Shown here one piece after another: positions 23,401 through 36,140 of a stretch of 64,000 nucleotides of DNA. The first letter of the stretch is position 1; every line of letters begins with the position of its first letter. Source of the stretch: Octopus vulgaris. Taxonomy: Eukaryota. The stretch covers positions 11,036,001-11,100,000 of the forward strand of contig OX597826.1 of assembly GCA_951406725.2 (NCBI GenBank). Reading direction: 5' to 3'. The notes beneath the pieces were generated by a model, which was not told where the DNA came from, made no database searches, and saw only the letters and a list, made by a program, of their open reading frames with translations. A program made the translations under genes and the position numbers.

Positions 23401-24584
23401 TGTCCTTTCTAAAATCTCATGTTTAGGTCAGCTGCGAATGGATTTCAAGCCGTAACTACCTCATCTCTTATTCTTATTTCTTTACTGCCCACAAGGGGCT
23501 AAACGCAGAGGGAACAAGCAAGGACAGACAAAGGGATTATATTGACCCCAATGCGTAACTGGTACTTATTTAATCAACCCCGAAAGGATGAAAGGCAAAG
23601 TCGACCCAGGCGGAATTTGTACTCAGAACATAACGGCAAATGAAATACCTATTTCTTTACTACCCACAAGGGGCTAAACACAGAGAGGACAAACAAAGAC
23701 AGACAAACGGATTAAGTCGATTATATCGACCCCAGTGCGTAACTGGTACTTATTTAATCGACCCCGAAAGGATGAAAGGCAAAAAAGACGAAATACGGCT
23801 ACGCATTTCGTCCGGCGTGCTAACGTTTCTGCCAGCTCGCCGCCTATTCAGCTCGCCTCATCTCTTATTCTGGTTTATATTACGGTGTCTTTTCCTCACG
23901 GCATAACAATAATTTTTAATTAACATTTTGATGGACTGTATTTCGACGGAGATCGTTCTGATGTTCTATCGGGGTTAATCTAACGATTAATATCATGGTA
24001 ACAGTTTTTAAAAGTGTGCTTAAGAATCATTGCTCCCTTGGTTTGAAGGAAACTTTACTCTGGCAAGTCGACTAATCACATTCGAACTCTCTCCTCTATT
24101 TTTGGTAGTGATAGTTGATGCAGAGGATGTTCGAGCCTAAGAATGTCCGGAGGAAACTAAACTCCGGACGACAGTATTAAGTATTTAAGGCGGCGAGCTG
24201 GCAGAACCGTTAGCACGCTGGGCGAAATGCGCAGCCGTATTTCGTCTATCTTTACGTTCTGAGTTCAAATTCCGCCGAGGTCAACTTTGCCTTTCATCCT
24301 TTCGGGGTCGATGTAATTGATTTAACCCCTTTGTATGCCCTTGTTTGTCCCCTCTATGTTTAGCCCCTTGTGGGCAATAAAGAAATTAGTATTAAGTTTT
24401 TAAAAAGTAAAAAAAAAAAAAATGACCTAAGGGACATAACTCCTTGTTTTATAATAAATGAAAAATATAAGTGAAACTATATCGTGGCACGTTGAATTGC
24501 AAGAGATGAAAGGAGACGGTGTACAGCTTGCATTTGAGAGGAACTGTTGTCGTTTAGCACCGGATCTCATCTGACCGTGAAAAC
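20475..24584. repeat. Direct tandem duplication, two ~2.05-kb units (junction ~22529)
   Basis: Near-identical ORF pairs 20563/22616, 21667/23735; same unique sequence and SINE order in both units. Confidence 0.95.
21420..21777 (-). mobile_element. SINE family B dimer
   Basis: 16-bp TSD CCTCATCTCTTATTCT (21404-21419 / 21788-21803). Confidence 0.9.
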
Positions 24585-26169
24585 GTTCCATCCATAACCA
24601 CCCCATCTTATTTTCGGACACGGTGTACTCTGCATGACGTAATCCATTGCAAAACTTTCTTTTAAGTCGTAGTGTGTGATTTTCAAGAAAATTTTGTTGC
24701 TTTTTATAGTATATCCATCCACTACGCAAGAGCTTTCCACATTTGCTCATTAAGCCGTTGAAGTCAAAGTGAAGAAGGACAGAGCAGAAACAATGAATTT
24801 ATATCATTCAGCGGGATGGCCATTTAAATAACGTGGTTTGTGCAGATAATCTGACGACATATTTAGTTGCCTTTGAACGGGTAACCCCAACGTGGTCGCT
24901 TGACCAATGGTATCTAGCAGTCCCTTACTCCTTTCTCCGTTATAGTTTTAAGCTTTAAATAGTGAATAATAATACACTTGGCAAGCCGTAACTACATCAT
25001 CTCTTATTCTTATTTCTTTACTGCCCACAAGGGGCTAAACGCAGAGGGAACAAGCAAGGACAGACAAAGGGATTATATCGACCCCAGTGCGTAACTGGTA
25101 CTTATTTAATCGACCCCGAAAGGATGAAAGGCAAAGTCGACCTCGGCGGAATTTGAACTCGGAACGTAACGGCAGACGAAATACCTATTTCTTTACTACC
25201 CACAAGGGGCTAAACACAGAAGGGACAAATAAGGACAGACCAATTCTACTTCACGTTAGTCTCATGCTCTGTTGTTTGGTGGAAGCAGGAAAAATTGCAA
25301 TTGAATGTCTCTCGATAAACATTCAGCCCACATTTAAATGTGTGTTTTATAAGCCTAAAATTACCAGCAAATCAACGAATAGTTATTGATGAGATATCTT
25401 TAAGATGGTTGTATTCAGCCAACAAATTTATTTTTTTTATTATAGTTCTTGAGACAATAACAAAATAATTCAGGACTGGGTATTATTTATTTGGCCCTTG
25501 TAAAATATGTTGAAGAGATTTTAATAAAGCTGCAAGATCTCCCATATTCCTGAACTTCAATTGTGCCAAATGTACAGAAATAACAATAGAATCCTTGATG
25601 AAACGAAGCCAATGAACTGCTCCTATAACTTGTGAAAGGTTGTAGATAGTCACCGTTTCATGGGTGATCTTAAAGCAGAATGTGGTTGCAGTGAAACGAG
25701 AAAGAAGTTAAAAAAAGAAAGATGAAGTGAATGAAGTTTAGGTAGATCTTGCTCCGGATATTGTTATCAACGAAGAGCACACAAGAGAGACTGTGTGGAA
25801 CATGTGTAAGAAGAGTGATTCGATTAGATACATTTTATATAGAATGCTACCATGCATTGAGAGCATTGGCCAATGCATGTAGGACAGACAACTGTTTATA
25901 GATTATGAAATGTTATTATATAGATTGCGTGGACATAGAACATAAATAGACATGTAAAAAAGTACTGTATGATTACAAGGTTACAAGTACAAGGGAGCCA
26001 CTTACAACAATTCATCTATTCTTTTACAAATTTGTACCGAAGTTAGAAATGAATGAAGAAGATATGGATTTCTCACCGTATGGCTGAGGCTCCCTAATCC
26101 TACCTGTAACAGAATGCATCTTAGTTTCTGAATATAGTCATTGGTTGGAAACGAAAACTTATTTTCAGT

Positions 26170-26326
26170 CACATTGTTTCTCTCCTTTTTTTTTTCTGTG
26201 TCCCTTTCTGTAGAAGAGCGTAGGCTCGAAATGTAAAAGACTTTTTCCCTTCCTGAGCGTTATACTAATACATCTGTTTGTTGTCTACACCACCTGCCTT
26301 CGTCTTTTGTTTTTGTCGTAAACTCT

Positions 26327-26330
<4 letters not shown>
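26170..26330 (+). mobile_element. Penelope-like 3' end with U6-variant hammerhead (26204-26239)
   Basis: CTTT-CTGTAGA-A-GAGC-GTAG-GCTC-GAAATGTA-AAAG; ends at (TA)n; homologous to 29085-29250, 37765-37899 and partial 8745-8860. Confidence 0.65.
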
Positions 26331-26367
<37 letters not shown>

Positions 26368-26663
26368 GTGTAAGGACTCCCTTCGGTCATGAATGACCAT
26401 GGGATTGTACGTAGAAAGTTGCTCTCCGAGGCACAAGTCCAAGCAAGGTTGTTTATGGAAGACCAGCAGTCGCCCATGCATACCAGCTTCCCCTCTCCAT
26501 GCCACCAATGTTATCCAAGGGAAAGGCAAAAACTGATACAACTTGGTATCAGTGAAGCTGCAACTCATATTCTATAGCTGAGTGAACTGGAACAACATGA
26601 AATAAAGATTCCCGGTCCGGGAATCGAACTCACTATTGTGAGCCATCCGCCTTCACCCCCTCA

Positions 26664-26713
<50 letters not shown>

Positions 26714-27974
26714 GTGTGTGTGTGCCAAACTATATTATTTAGCGTGTATTATTTTGGACTATAATGTCACTGAGATCAACTTGGCCTGTCAATCTTTCGC
26801 GGTCGATGAAATAAAGTATCAGTCACTCACTGGGGTCGATGTAATCGACTATCACTCTCCCCATAAAATTCCTGACCTTTTGTCGAAATTTGAAACCATT
26901 ATTGTGAACTATAAATTAATGTATTGAAATATATGGTTCGATATATTTTGATATATCGAGCTATAATATATTTATCTATAATAAAGTCGACCTCGGCGGA
27001 ATTTGAACGCAGAACCTTAGGACGGGAAAAAATGCCTCGAAGCATCTCGCCCGGTGTACTAACGATTCACCGCTTTAAATACATCTATAATATATTGAAG
27101 TATGATATTTAATGCATTCTATTATGATTGCAAAGTCATTAAACAGATTTTGCTGCTATTTTTAGCTAACCGAGCGATCGCCTAAAGGCTCCCTTTTTTT
27201 TTGTTGTTGTGCGTGTGATTGTGTGTGTGTAATTGGTAAAACTGAACGAAAATTGAACTAAGGTACATTGAAAGGTAGGAAAGGAGAAAGTAAGCGTTGT
27301 TTAATCAATGTCTGTGGTTGATAGCTTAAGAACTATCATCAGATATGAAAAAGGAGTTAAGACGAAAGAGTTACCGCCCCTGCATTAACTATTTATCAGT
27401 TGCTCGTTACAAAATCTGTGACACTTTCGCTCTTATTTCCCAATAAATTGATTAACTGTTGGTTTCTTATATAGCTTTAAAGGTTGGGAAAATGCATTAA
27501 AAATGTAACCGAAATTAAGTTAAGTTCAACAACAACGGAATGTATACAAAGGTTATTTCTCCTTTTACAACATTCACAATTTTGTAAGATAAAAATGAAA
27601 AATTGTTCATAAACAAAAGCCAGTAATGTAGTTGTTCTGTTAATGGTCAGTTTGATCCAATGGTTCTTAATCACTCATTCCACCCCCACCTTTTTTAAAA
27701 TCCAAGATAACCTCCCATTTTTCTTTTTGGTTTTATTATTCCAATATTTTGCTTAGGCATAGAGATACTAATAATCTGGCATTAGAACTCAATATACGAA
27801 TGCTTCAGTGGAAAGCGTTGGCCGAGCACAGAGCGTGTCATAAGAGAAAGCCCGCAACTATAAGTACATTGCATCTCGAAGCAGAAACAACTGTAAGCCA
27901 ATGAAGTTCATTACATAATTTTTTCTCCAATATTCATTAATATAATCTCTTAATTTATTTTATCATATTACTAA

Positions 27975-28370
27975 GGCGGCGAGCTGGGAGAATCATTTGC
28001 ATACCTGATAAAATGCTTAGCGGTATTTCGTCCAGGTTAAGGCGGTGAGTTGGCAGAAGCGTTAGCACGCCGGGCGAAATGCTTAACGGTATTTCGTCTG
28101 CCGTTATGTTCTGAGTTCAAATTCCGCCGAGGTCGACTTTGCCTTTCATCCTTTCGGAGTCGATTAAATAAGTACCAGTTACGCACTGGGGTCGATATAA
28201 TCGACTTAATCCGTTTGTCTGTCCTTGTTCGTCCCCTCTGTGTTTAGCCCCTTATGGGTAGTAAAGACATAGGTATTTCGCCCGGGTTTACATTCTGAGT
28301 TCAAATTCCGCTGAAATCGATTTTGCCTTCTATCCTTTGAGAATTGACAAAATAAGAAACTGTTGAGTAT
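27975..28370 (+). mobile_element. SINE family B inserted in an older family B copy
   Basis: Two heads (27975, 28041); GGTATTTCG.CC.GGTT.A repeated on both sides of the younger copy. Confidence 0.8.
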
Positions 28371-28586
28371 TTGGATCGATGTACTGAACTAGCTACATCC
28401 CCAATTTTAGGCTTTGTACTTATTGTAGAAAGAATTACATATTCATCAATTTTTTTAAAGACAATATCGGTTGTTGATTCTGACCATAGGTCTGATCTCA
28501 AAACATCCCAGCCACGATCACTCTGTCTTCTTTTCGTGTCCTGTACGAAAATAGTACGGTCGGTGTGATCGAAAGAAACCTGCCCA

Positions 28587-28654
<68 letters not shown>

Positions 28655-28960
28655 GTAACAATATTGACCGAGGTTACCGTGGTCTTTTCCGTAGGCTTTT
28701 CTTCCCACGGATAAACCTTATCTGCTTCCCCTTTACACCGTACATCATGACACTGTGATACACGATCCCTATTGATCGTTTTTTTCTTTTTGCCCTTTTT
28801 TCCTTTTGTTTCTTTTCCTTTTTTTTCTTTTTTTCTTCTTTCCCTTTTACGATCCCTTTTGATCGAAAACCTACCCCCTTTTTTTTCTCCCAAAAAAGAA
28901 AAGCTCTACTTTGTAATCTGTCCCGTCTGTGTGCAGCCCTGTGTGGCTAATAAAGAAACA
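28655..28960 (+). mobile_element. LINE-like 3' UTR fragment ending in (ATCT)n; second copy ~56875-57122
   Basis: Shared GAGGTTACCGTGGTCTTTT...GTGTGGC.AATAAAGAAA then (TATC)n in both copies. Confidence 0.65.
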
Positions 28961-29037
<77 letters not shown>

Positions 29038-29084
29038 GTTTGTCTGACTATCTGACTGTCTGTCTGTCTGTCTGTCTGTCCCTT

Positions 29085-29250
29085 CGCCATGGTAGATCGC
29101 TAGCCACTACACATTCTTTATTTTCTCTCCTTGTTTCTTTCTGTGTTCTTTCCTGTGGAAGAGCGTAGGCTCGAAACGTTAAAGTTTCTTTCAATTCCCG
29201 AGCGTTAAACTCATACATTTGCTTGTTGTCTACACCATCTGTCTTCGTCT
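29085..29250 (+). mobile_element. Penelope-like 3' end with U6-variant hammerhead (29148-29184)
   Basis: CTGTGGA-A-GAGC-GTAG-GCTC-GAAACGTT. Confidence 0.6.
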
Positions 29251-29498
29251 ATATATTTACAAGTGTATGTGTATATGTATTTACAAGTATATGTGTATAT
29301 GTATATACACATACATATATACATACATATACACTCATTTATGTATATATATATATATTACGAAGATGTACTTGCATAGCGAGTGACTTGATCTGAGATC
29401 GTGTACTGGAAAGAAAACAATTGCAGCGTGGAAGGTGTTTATAAGCCATTTAAGGAACACACAAAAACCGTTAGATTCACTTCAACATTTAAATTTAA

Positions 29499-29549
29499 TT
29501 TGTCAAAATATTTTCGTCGCTTTGAGATTGCAACCTGTTCACTGACAAA
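29499..29549 (-). ncRNA. Hammerhead-fold motif with G3/C8 swapped core, in an element spanning ~29359-29557
   Basis: Minus strand TTTGTCA-GTGAACA-G-GTTGC-AATCTCAAA-GCGAC-GAAA-ATAT-TT-TGACAAA. Confidence 0.6.
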
Positions 29550-29632
29550 ATTCCGTGATGTATAAAGACCCATCCGCGTGCACGCGCACACACATATACA
29601 CACAAACACATCTTAACCATATGTACACCACA

Positions 29633-30028
29633 TCTTTATATATAAAAGTGAAGTTGTGTGTCTGTCTCCTACGATTTAGATTGCTAACTACTCCCACATT
29701 TTGCGGTGCAGTTTAACTAAAACCGGGTATCTTATAGTCGTGATTCATATCGAGCCCTTCTGGGTATTAGCGCGCGTCTACGATGAGTCTACGATTTAAA
29801 AATTTACCATCATTTTTTACTATTTTAATGCATTTTTTCGCTATTATATAAGGGAAGTAACTCTCTAAAAATGTCTACGATGAGTCAACGATTTAAAAAA
29901 AAAATTACCATCATTTTTTTTTCCATTTTTAATGCATTTTTTTTGCTATTTTTTGGCTATAACTCTCTAAAAATGGTTATATAGTTATTTCCCTTACAAA
30001 CCCGAGCAACGCCGGGCGATACTGCTAG
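29633..30028 (+). mobile_element. Non-autonomous Helitron
   Basis: A|TC start, CCCGAGC-AAC-GCCGGG hairpin, CTAG|T end, internal ~100-bp direct repeat. Confidence 0.85.
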
Positions 30029-30236
30029 TTATGATGATAAAACTAAAACTGTCTTCTTTTCTGTCCTTCTATTGTGAAACACCGTATTAATTCCGTCAAA
30101 CCCTCGCTTATGCTAATCTGGTGCGAACTTCCTCATTCACAGTCGACCACATTACAAACTGTCTGTTCCTTGGAAATTAGTAGGGAATATAAATACGTAA
30201 CCCTTTTCCGCAACGATTGTACGAGGCGACAGTGTG

Positions 30237-30300
<64 letters not shown>

Positions 30301-30654
30301 CTCTATCTGTCTGTCTGTCTCTCTCTCTAAAGAAAAAGAAAGGAAATGGAAGCGTCAACAGTTATCTCCCCTCGTAAGCCGTACAAAAATGCTTGAAAAT
30401 TGTTGAATTTCGATTGAAATCGGCAGCAACGACGAACTTTTACTTTTATCTTTTCTTATTTCAGTCGTTGAACTGCGGCCTTGCTGGAGCACCATCCGCC
30501 TTGAAAGGTTTCGACAAAGCGACCGCAGAACGTGTGTTTTGTCTTTCTTTTAAAGTCTCAGAGTTATTTCATCCGATTCTTTTGCCGAACCGCTAATTTA
30601 TGGCGCAATGTAAATAAACCAGCAACCCGTTGTCATATATATATATATATATAG

Positions 30655-30714
<60 letters not shown>

Positions 30715-30821
30715 ATATGAATGTTTGTATATATATGTATGTATGTTTGTATATATATGTATGTATGCTTGTATATTTATGTATGTATGTTTGTATATAT
30801 ATATATATATATTTTTTTTTT

Positions 30822-31219
30822 CTCTTTTACTTGTTTCAGTCATTTGACTGCGGCCATGCTGGAGCACCGCCTTTAATCGAGCAACTCGACCCCGGGACTT
30901 ATTCTTTGTAAGCCCAGTACTTATTCTATCGGTCTCTTTTTTGCCGAACCGCTAAGTGACGGGGACGTAAACACACCAGCATCGGTTGTCAAGCGATGCT
31001 AGGGGGTCAAACACAGACACACAAACACACACATACATATATATATACATATATACGACAGGCTTCTTTCAGTTTCCGTCTACCAAATCCACTCACAAGG
31101 CATTGGTCGGCCCGGGGCTATAGCAGAAGACACTTGCCCAAGATGCCACGCAGTGGGACTGAACCCGGAACCATGTGGTTGGTTAGCAAGCTACTTACCA
31201 CACAGCCACTCCTGCGCCT
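30822..31219 (-). mobile_element. SINE family A, full length, embedded in (TA)n/(TATG)n array 30634-31640
   Basis: Complete head, body and tail. Confidence 0.9.
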
Positions 31220-31352
31220 ATATATATATATATATGTATGTTTGTATATATATATATGTATGTTTGTATATATATATATATATATATATGTATGTTTGTA
31301 TATATATATATGTATGTTTGTATATATATATATATATATATATGTATGTTTG

Positions 31353-31383
<31 letters not shown>

Positions 31384-31482
31384 TTGTATATATATGTATG
31401 TATGTTTGTATATATATATATATATATATGTATGTTTGTATATATATATATGTATGTTTGTATATATATGTATGTATGTTTG

Positions 31483-31515
<33 letters not shown>

Positions 31516-32013
31516 TTGTATATATATATATGTATGTTTGTATATATATGTATGTATGTTTGTATATATATATGTATGTATGTGTGTATATATATATATA
31601 TACATGTGTGTGTTTATATATGTATGTGTTTATATATGCATGTGTGTGTGTGTTTGTCGCCCACTACCACCGCTTGACAACCGATGTTGACGTGTTTACG
31701 TCCCCACGACTAAGCAGTTTGGTAAAAGAGACTGATTGAGTAAGTATCAGTCTTATAAAAAAAAACAAAAAACAAATGCGGGCGGTGGGGTTGATTGATT
31801 CGACTAAAATACTTGAAGGCGGTGCTCCAGCATGGCCGCAGTCAAATGACTGAAGCAAGTAAAAGAATATAGATATTCTTTTATCTTTTATTTATTTCAG
31901 TCATTTGACTGCGGCCATGCTGGAGCACCGCCTTTAGTCGAGCAAATCGACCCCGGGACTTATTGTATATGAAAGCCTTGTACTTCTTCTATCAGTCTCT
32001 TTTGCCGAACCGC

Positions 32014-32280
32014 TCGTCCAGTGCCCGAGCATTGCTGACCTGTGGGTTTATGTCGAACACCTGCTGTCGCGTGTAGGACGGATCTGGCTATCAGCTGAAT
32101 CCATACATTGCCCCGCTGTCATCCTTTTGCCGGGAGGGGAAGGTAATTTTTATTTTGTCTAGTGGCTATAGCGAAAGAGGTAGACTCATGGTGGACTCAT
32201 TTGAAAGGGCTAAAGTCAGGAACTTTCCTCTTTGGTCAAACCCTCATCGGAAAGTGAGGATGGAGAGGGAAGTCTGTCGC
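32014..32280 (+). mobile_element. L1/Tx1-type LINE ORF2 C-terminal remnant
   Basis: Translates LVQCPSIADLWVYVEHLLSRVGRIWLSAESI, resembling the end of the ORF2 CCHC knuckle (HxxxxCPxxxxLW). Confidence 0.55.
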
Positions 32281-32342
32281 TCACTCACTCACTCACCTAT
32301 TCACACTGACTGACTGACTGAGTTACTCATTCACAACACATA

Positions 32343-32758
32343 TATTTCTTTATTGCCCACAAGGGGCTAAACATAGAGAGGACAAACAAGGACAGACAAA
32401 CGGATTAAGTCGATTACATCGACCCTAGTGCGAAACTGGTACTTAATTTATCGACCCCGAAAGGATGAAAGGCAAAGTCGACCTCGGCGGAATTTGAACT
32501 CAGAACGTAACGACAGACGAAATACGTATTTCTTTATTACCCACAAGGGGCTAAACACAGAGGGGACAAACAAGGACAGACATAGGTATTAAGTCGATTA
32601 TATCGACCCCAGTGCTTAACTGGTACTTTATTTATCGACCCCGAAAGGATGAAAGGCAAAGTCGACCTCGGCGGAATTTGAACTCAGAACGTAACGGCAG
32701 CCGAAATACCGCTAAGCATTTCGCCCGACGTGCTAACGATTCTGCCAGCTCACCGCCT
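32343..32758 (-). mobile_element. SINE family B dimer
   Basis: One head, two body units. Confidence 0.9.
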
Positions 32759-32899
32759 TTCATCACTCACTACACATAGACACGCACACATACACATTCT
32801 GTGTCTTTCACTCATACACACACACATCTATATATCAAAGTGCTCTTATTTCCCACGAAATAAAATGTATTTCACTTTCTTTAACATTTACCTTCTGAG

Positions 32900-35800
32900 T
32901 CAATAATCTAAAGTTCGTCGGTGGAAATATATTAAATATATGTATAATATTAAGATAGATAAAATATTTTTTATGAGAAAATATAGATGAATGTTTTTAA
33001 CGATTACGACACCAGATTTTAGAAATATGGCATTTAAAACATGAGCTTGTCCCTTACAGTATATCACAATGTATTTGTTGTACCAGCATTGGTCCTAGCA
33101 TTTAGGATACATATCGGTATTGTAAAGGAGGCCCGCTGCTAATAACAGCAACATCCTGACACCAAATGGAAGTCAGACTATCGACAGACTTTATCTCAGA
33201 AGGTGACGCAAAGAAAGAGCTTAATATCAGTCCAGACGGTTCAGACAACGTTTGTGTGTCGTATGCCGCCTCTCAAGCAATGGCTGATAAATAACTGAAG
33301 CAACAGCAACAAGAATAACAACAGCAATAATATATCAATTAACTGAAGAGAGCAACATCTTGTGAATCGGAAGTGAACCCTCTCTAGAAACATTTAATAA
33401 TTTAATTAGGCGGCAAGTTGGCAGAAACGTTAGCACGCCGGGCGAAATGCTTAGCGGTATTTTGTCTGCCGTAACGTTCTGAGTTCAAATTCCGCCGAGG
33501 TCGACTTTGCCTTTCATCCTTTCGGGGTCGATAAACTAAGTACCAGTTACGCACTGGGATCGATATGATAGACTTAATCCCTTTTCTGTCCTTGTTTGTC
33601 CCCTCTATGTTTAGCCCCTTGTGGGTAGTAAAGAAATAGGTATTTCGTCTGCCGCTAACGTTCTGAGTTCAAATTCCGCCGAGATCGACTTTGCCTTTCA
33701 TCCTTTCGGGGTCGATAAACTAAGTACCAGTTACGCACTGGGATCGATATGATAGACTTAATCCGTTTGTCTGTCCTTGTTCGTCCCCTCTGTGTTTAGC
33801 CCCCTGTGGGTAGTAAAGAAATAGGTATTTCGTCTGCCGCTAACGTTCTGAGTTCAAATTCCGCCGAGATCGACTTTGCCTTTCATCCTTTCGGGGTCGA
33901 TTAAATAAGTACCAGTTAAGCACTGGGGTCGATATAATCGACTTAATCCGTCTGTCTGTCCTTGTTTGTCCCCTCTGTGTGTAGCCCTTTGTGGGTAGTA
34001 AAGAAATAAGAAACATTTAATAAGCGATTATGTCCAAGCAGTCCAAGAACTGCTGCGGGGATATATAAGTTAGAAGAGACATAAATAAGAAAGCCCTGTA
34101 TTTTAAAATAAGGTTATGCTAGGCCTTTTGGCTTGAAGCTGTGAACTTGAGAATGAGTTGAGCATGAACTCAAAGTGTGGCTGTATCCTTTTTATTAGGA
34201 TATATTTTAGAAATGAACAGCAAGCGATAGGTACATATAATGAAAAAGACAGAAGCGAAAAACATCCATAAAAGGCCTCCATCAGTCACAACTGATTATA
34301 TATCTGTACTTGGAAATTTTTTTCTGTTGGGTGAATTCTCGGGCAAATTTTTTAAAGAATTTTACTGTAGGCTCAGGGATGATATAGGCGCTTTGCAACC
34401 ACATAGTTTCAGGTTCAGTTACACTGCGCAGCACATTGGGCAAGTTTCTTCTATTATTGTCTCGAGTCAACAAATGTCTTGTGAAAGAATTTGGTAGACA
34501 AAAACTATGCGGAAGCCCGTTATAATGTGTGTGTGTGTATCTTTGTTCTAGTGCTTTTCTCCCAGTACCTATTTCTTTATTGCCCACAAGGGGCTAAACA
34601 CAGAGGGGACAAACAAGGACAGACAAACGGATTAAAGCGATTACATCAACCCCAGTGCGTAACTGGTACTTAATTTATCGACCCCGAAAGGATGAAAGGC
34701 AAAGTCGACCTCGGCGGAATTTGAACTCAGAACGTAACGGCAGACGAAATACGGCTACGCATTTCGCCCGGTGTGCTAACCTTTCTGCCAGCTCGCCGCC
34801 CTTTTCTCCCAGTACCGCTTGGCAACTGGTGTTGGTTTATTTACGTTCCTGTAACTCAGTTGTTCGGCAAAAGCGATCGATAGAATAATTACCAGACTTG
34901 GAAAAAAAAAAAAAACAAAAACAGAAAAAACCCAAACAAACAAAACAAAAAGCCCTGAGGTGGTGCCCCAGCGTGGTCACTGCTCAATGACTGAAATAAG
35001 TAAAAGCTAAAGACAGTGCACACCGTCCGATAGAGTTTGGTACCAGTTTGGTACCAGTTTGGTATCAGTTTGGTATCGTTGGAAGCGAAATCAGGGCTTG
35101 TGACACAGGGGTAGTTACTCTTTTATTCTTTTACTCTTTTACTTGTTTCCGTCATTTGACTGTGGCCATGCTGGAGCACCGCCTTTAGTCGAGCAAATCG
35201 ACCCCAGGACTTATTCTTTGTAAGCCTGGTACTTATTCTATTGGTCTGTTTTTCCGAACCGCAAAGTTTCGTGGACGTAAACACACCAGCATCGGTTGTC
35301 AATCGATGTTGTGGGGACAAACACAGACACACAAACATACACACGTACACGCACACATATATACATATATATATATACGACAGGCTTCTTTCAGTTTCCG
35401 TCCACCATAAAGACCCATAGCAAAATACACCAAAGTATTTTGTTCAACGTTCTAACCATTCTAACAATTCTAACAATTCTAGATATTCTAGCGGTTCCCC
35501 TCCTTGACGGGAATATATTTTATCGATCATGGAAGACTGAAAGTAAAGTTCATCTCGGCGAGAAATGAGCTCAGAACGAAAAGAGCTGGAGAATGTGCCA
35601 CAAGGCATTTTGTCTGATACTTTAAAACGATCTTCCAATCCATCGCATGGAACACCGACAATTGAACTTGAAGACAGCTTCAATATAATCAAGAGTTCCC
35701 CCCCGAGACAAAATACAAAACGCATCAACTGATAACAATTGCAAGCAGTGCAAAATCCAAACTGGAAACATCGGTCCCATCATTAACAGCTGTAAAGGAA

Positions 35801-36140
35801 TGTCTCCGAGATGTTAGCCAGGATAATCTGAAATAGAATAAGAGAGAAAAAATAACAATTAATAAAGATGAACCCATTGAGACAGAAGGATGAAAAGAAT
35901 ATTAATAGAACTTTAAATAAAAATAGTTATGAAATGAAACACAACCGATTTGATATTGTTGTTTGAAGCCAGAGACTACATGTGCTGAGTAGAAGTAAGA
36001 TACCTACTCTTTCATCAACGTAGTAACATACAGGAGAAAGAAGACGATTGTGGGTCCCTGATGAGGAGTCTGTAAATCCAGTACACAGAATATGCTTTTG
36101 GCATTATACCTGTTATTAGCGAGGCTATAGGATAAATCAG
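32900..36140 (+). mobile_element. Degraded R4/Dong-like (restriction-like endonuclease) LINE, interrupted by SINEs
   Basis: Ordered broken motifs HNVFVVPAL (~33065), IDRLYLRR..LISVQ (~33180), CKQC..IINSC knuckle (~35740), KHNRFDIVV (PD motif position, ~35937), IIPVISEAIG (~36103). Confidence 0.6.
33408..34008 (+). mobile_element. SINE family B trimer
   Basis: One head + three ~180-bp bodies; 15-bp TSD AGAAACATTTAATAA (33386-33400 / 34009-34023). Confidence 0.92.

Noticed and set aside
24427-25700. Possible hAT transposase remnant (EQFIGFV on minus strand) and 107-aa ORF
   Set aside because: Too degraded to support by eye; needs a translated HMM search
30996-31739. Long ORFs (247 aa here; also 36644, 40874, 47254, 50650, 63368)
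   Set aside because: Stop-free translations of microsatellites and SINEs (YIYI, MYVC, YLSI, poly-T/V); no protein signal
33340-33400. CTGAAGA...GAAAC
   Set aside because: Stem II register does not close on the core; region is LINE remnant plus SINE TSD
35034-35077. 11-bp repeat AGTTTGGTA(C/T)C x4
   Set aside because: Simple minisatellite without spacers; not CRISPR, and the DNA is eukaryotic
36051-36090. CTGATGA-GGA...TCC hammerhead-like start
   Set aside because: No GAAA, stem III or stem I; explained as coding remnant of the R4/Dong-like LINE (GSLMRSL)
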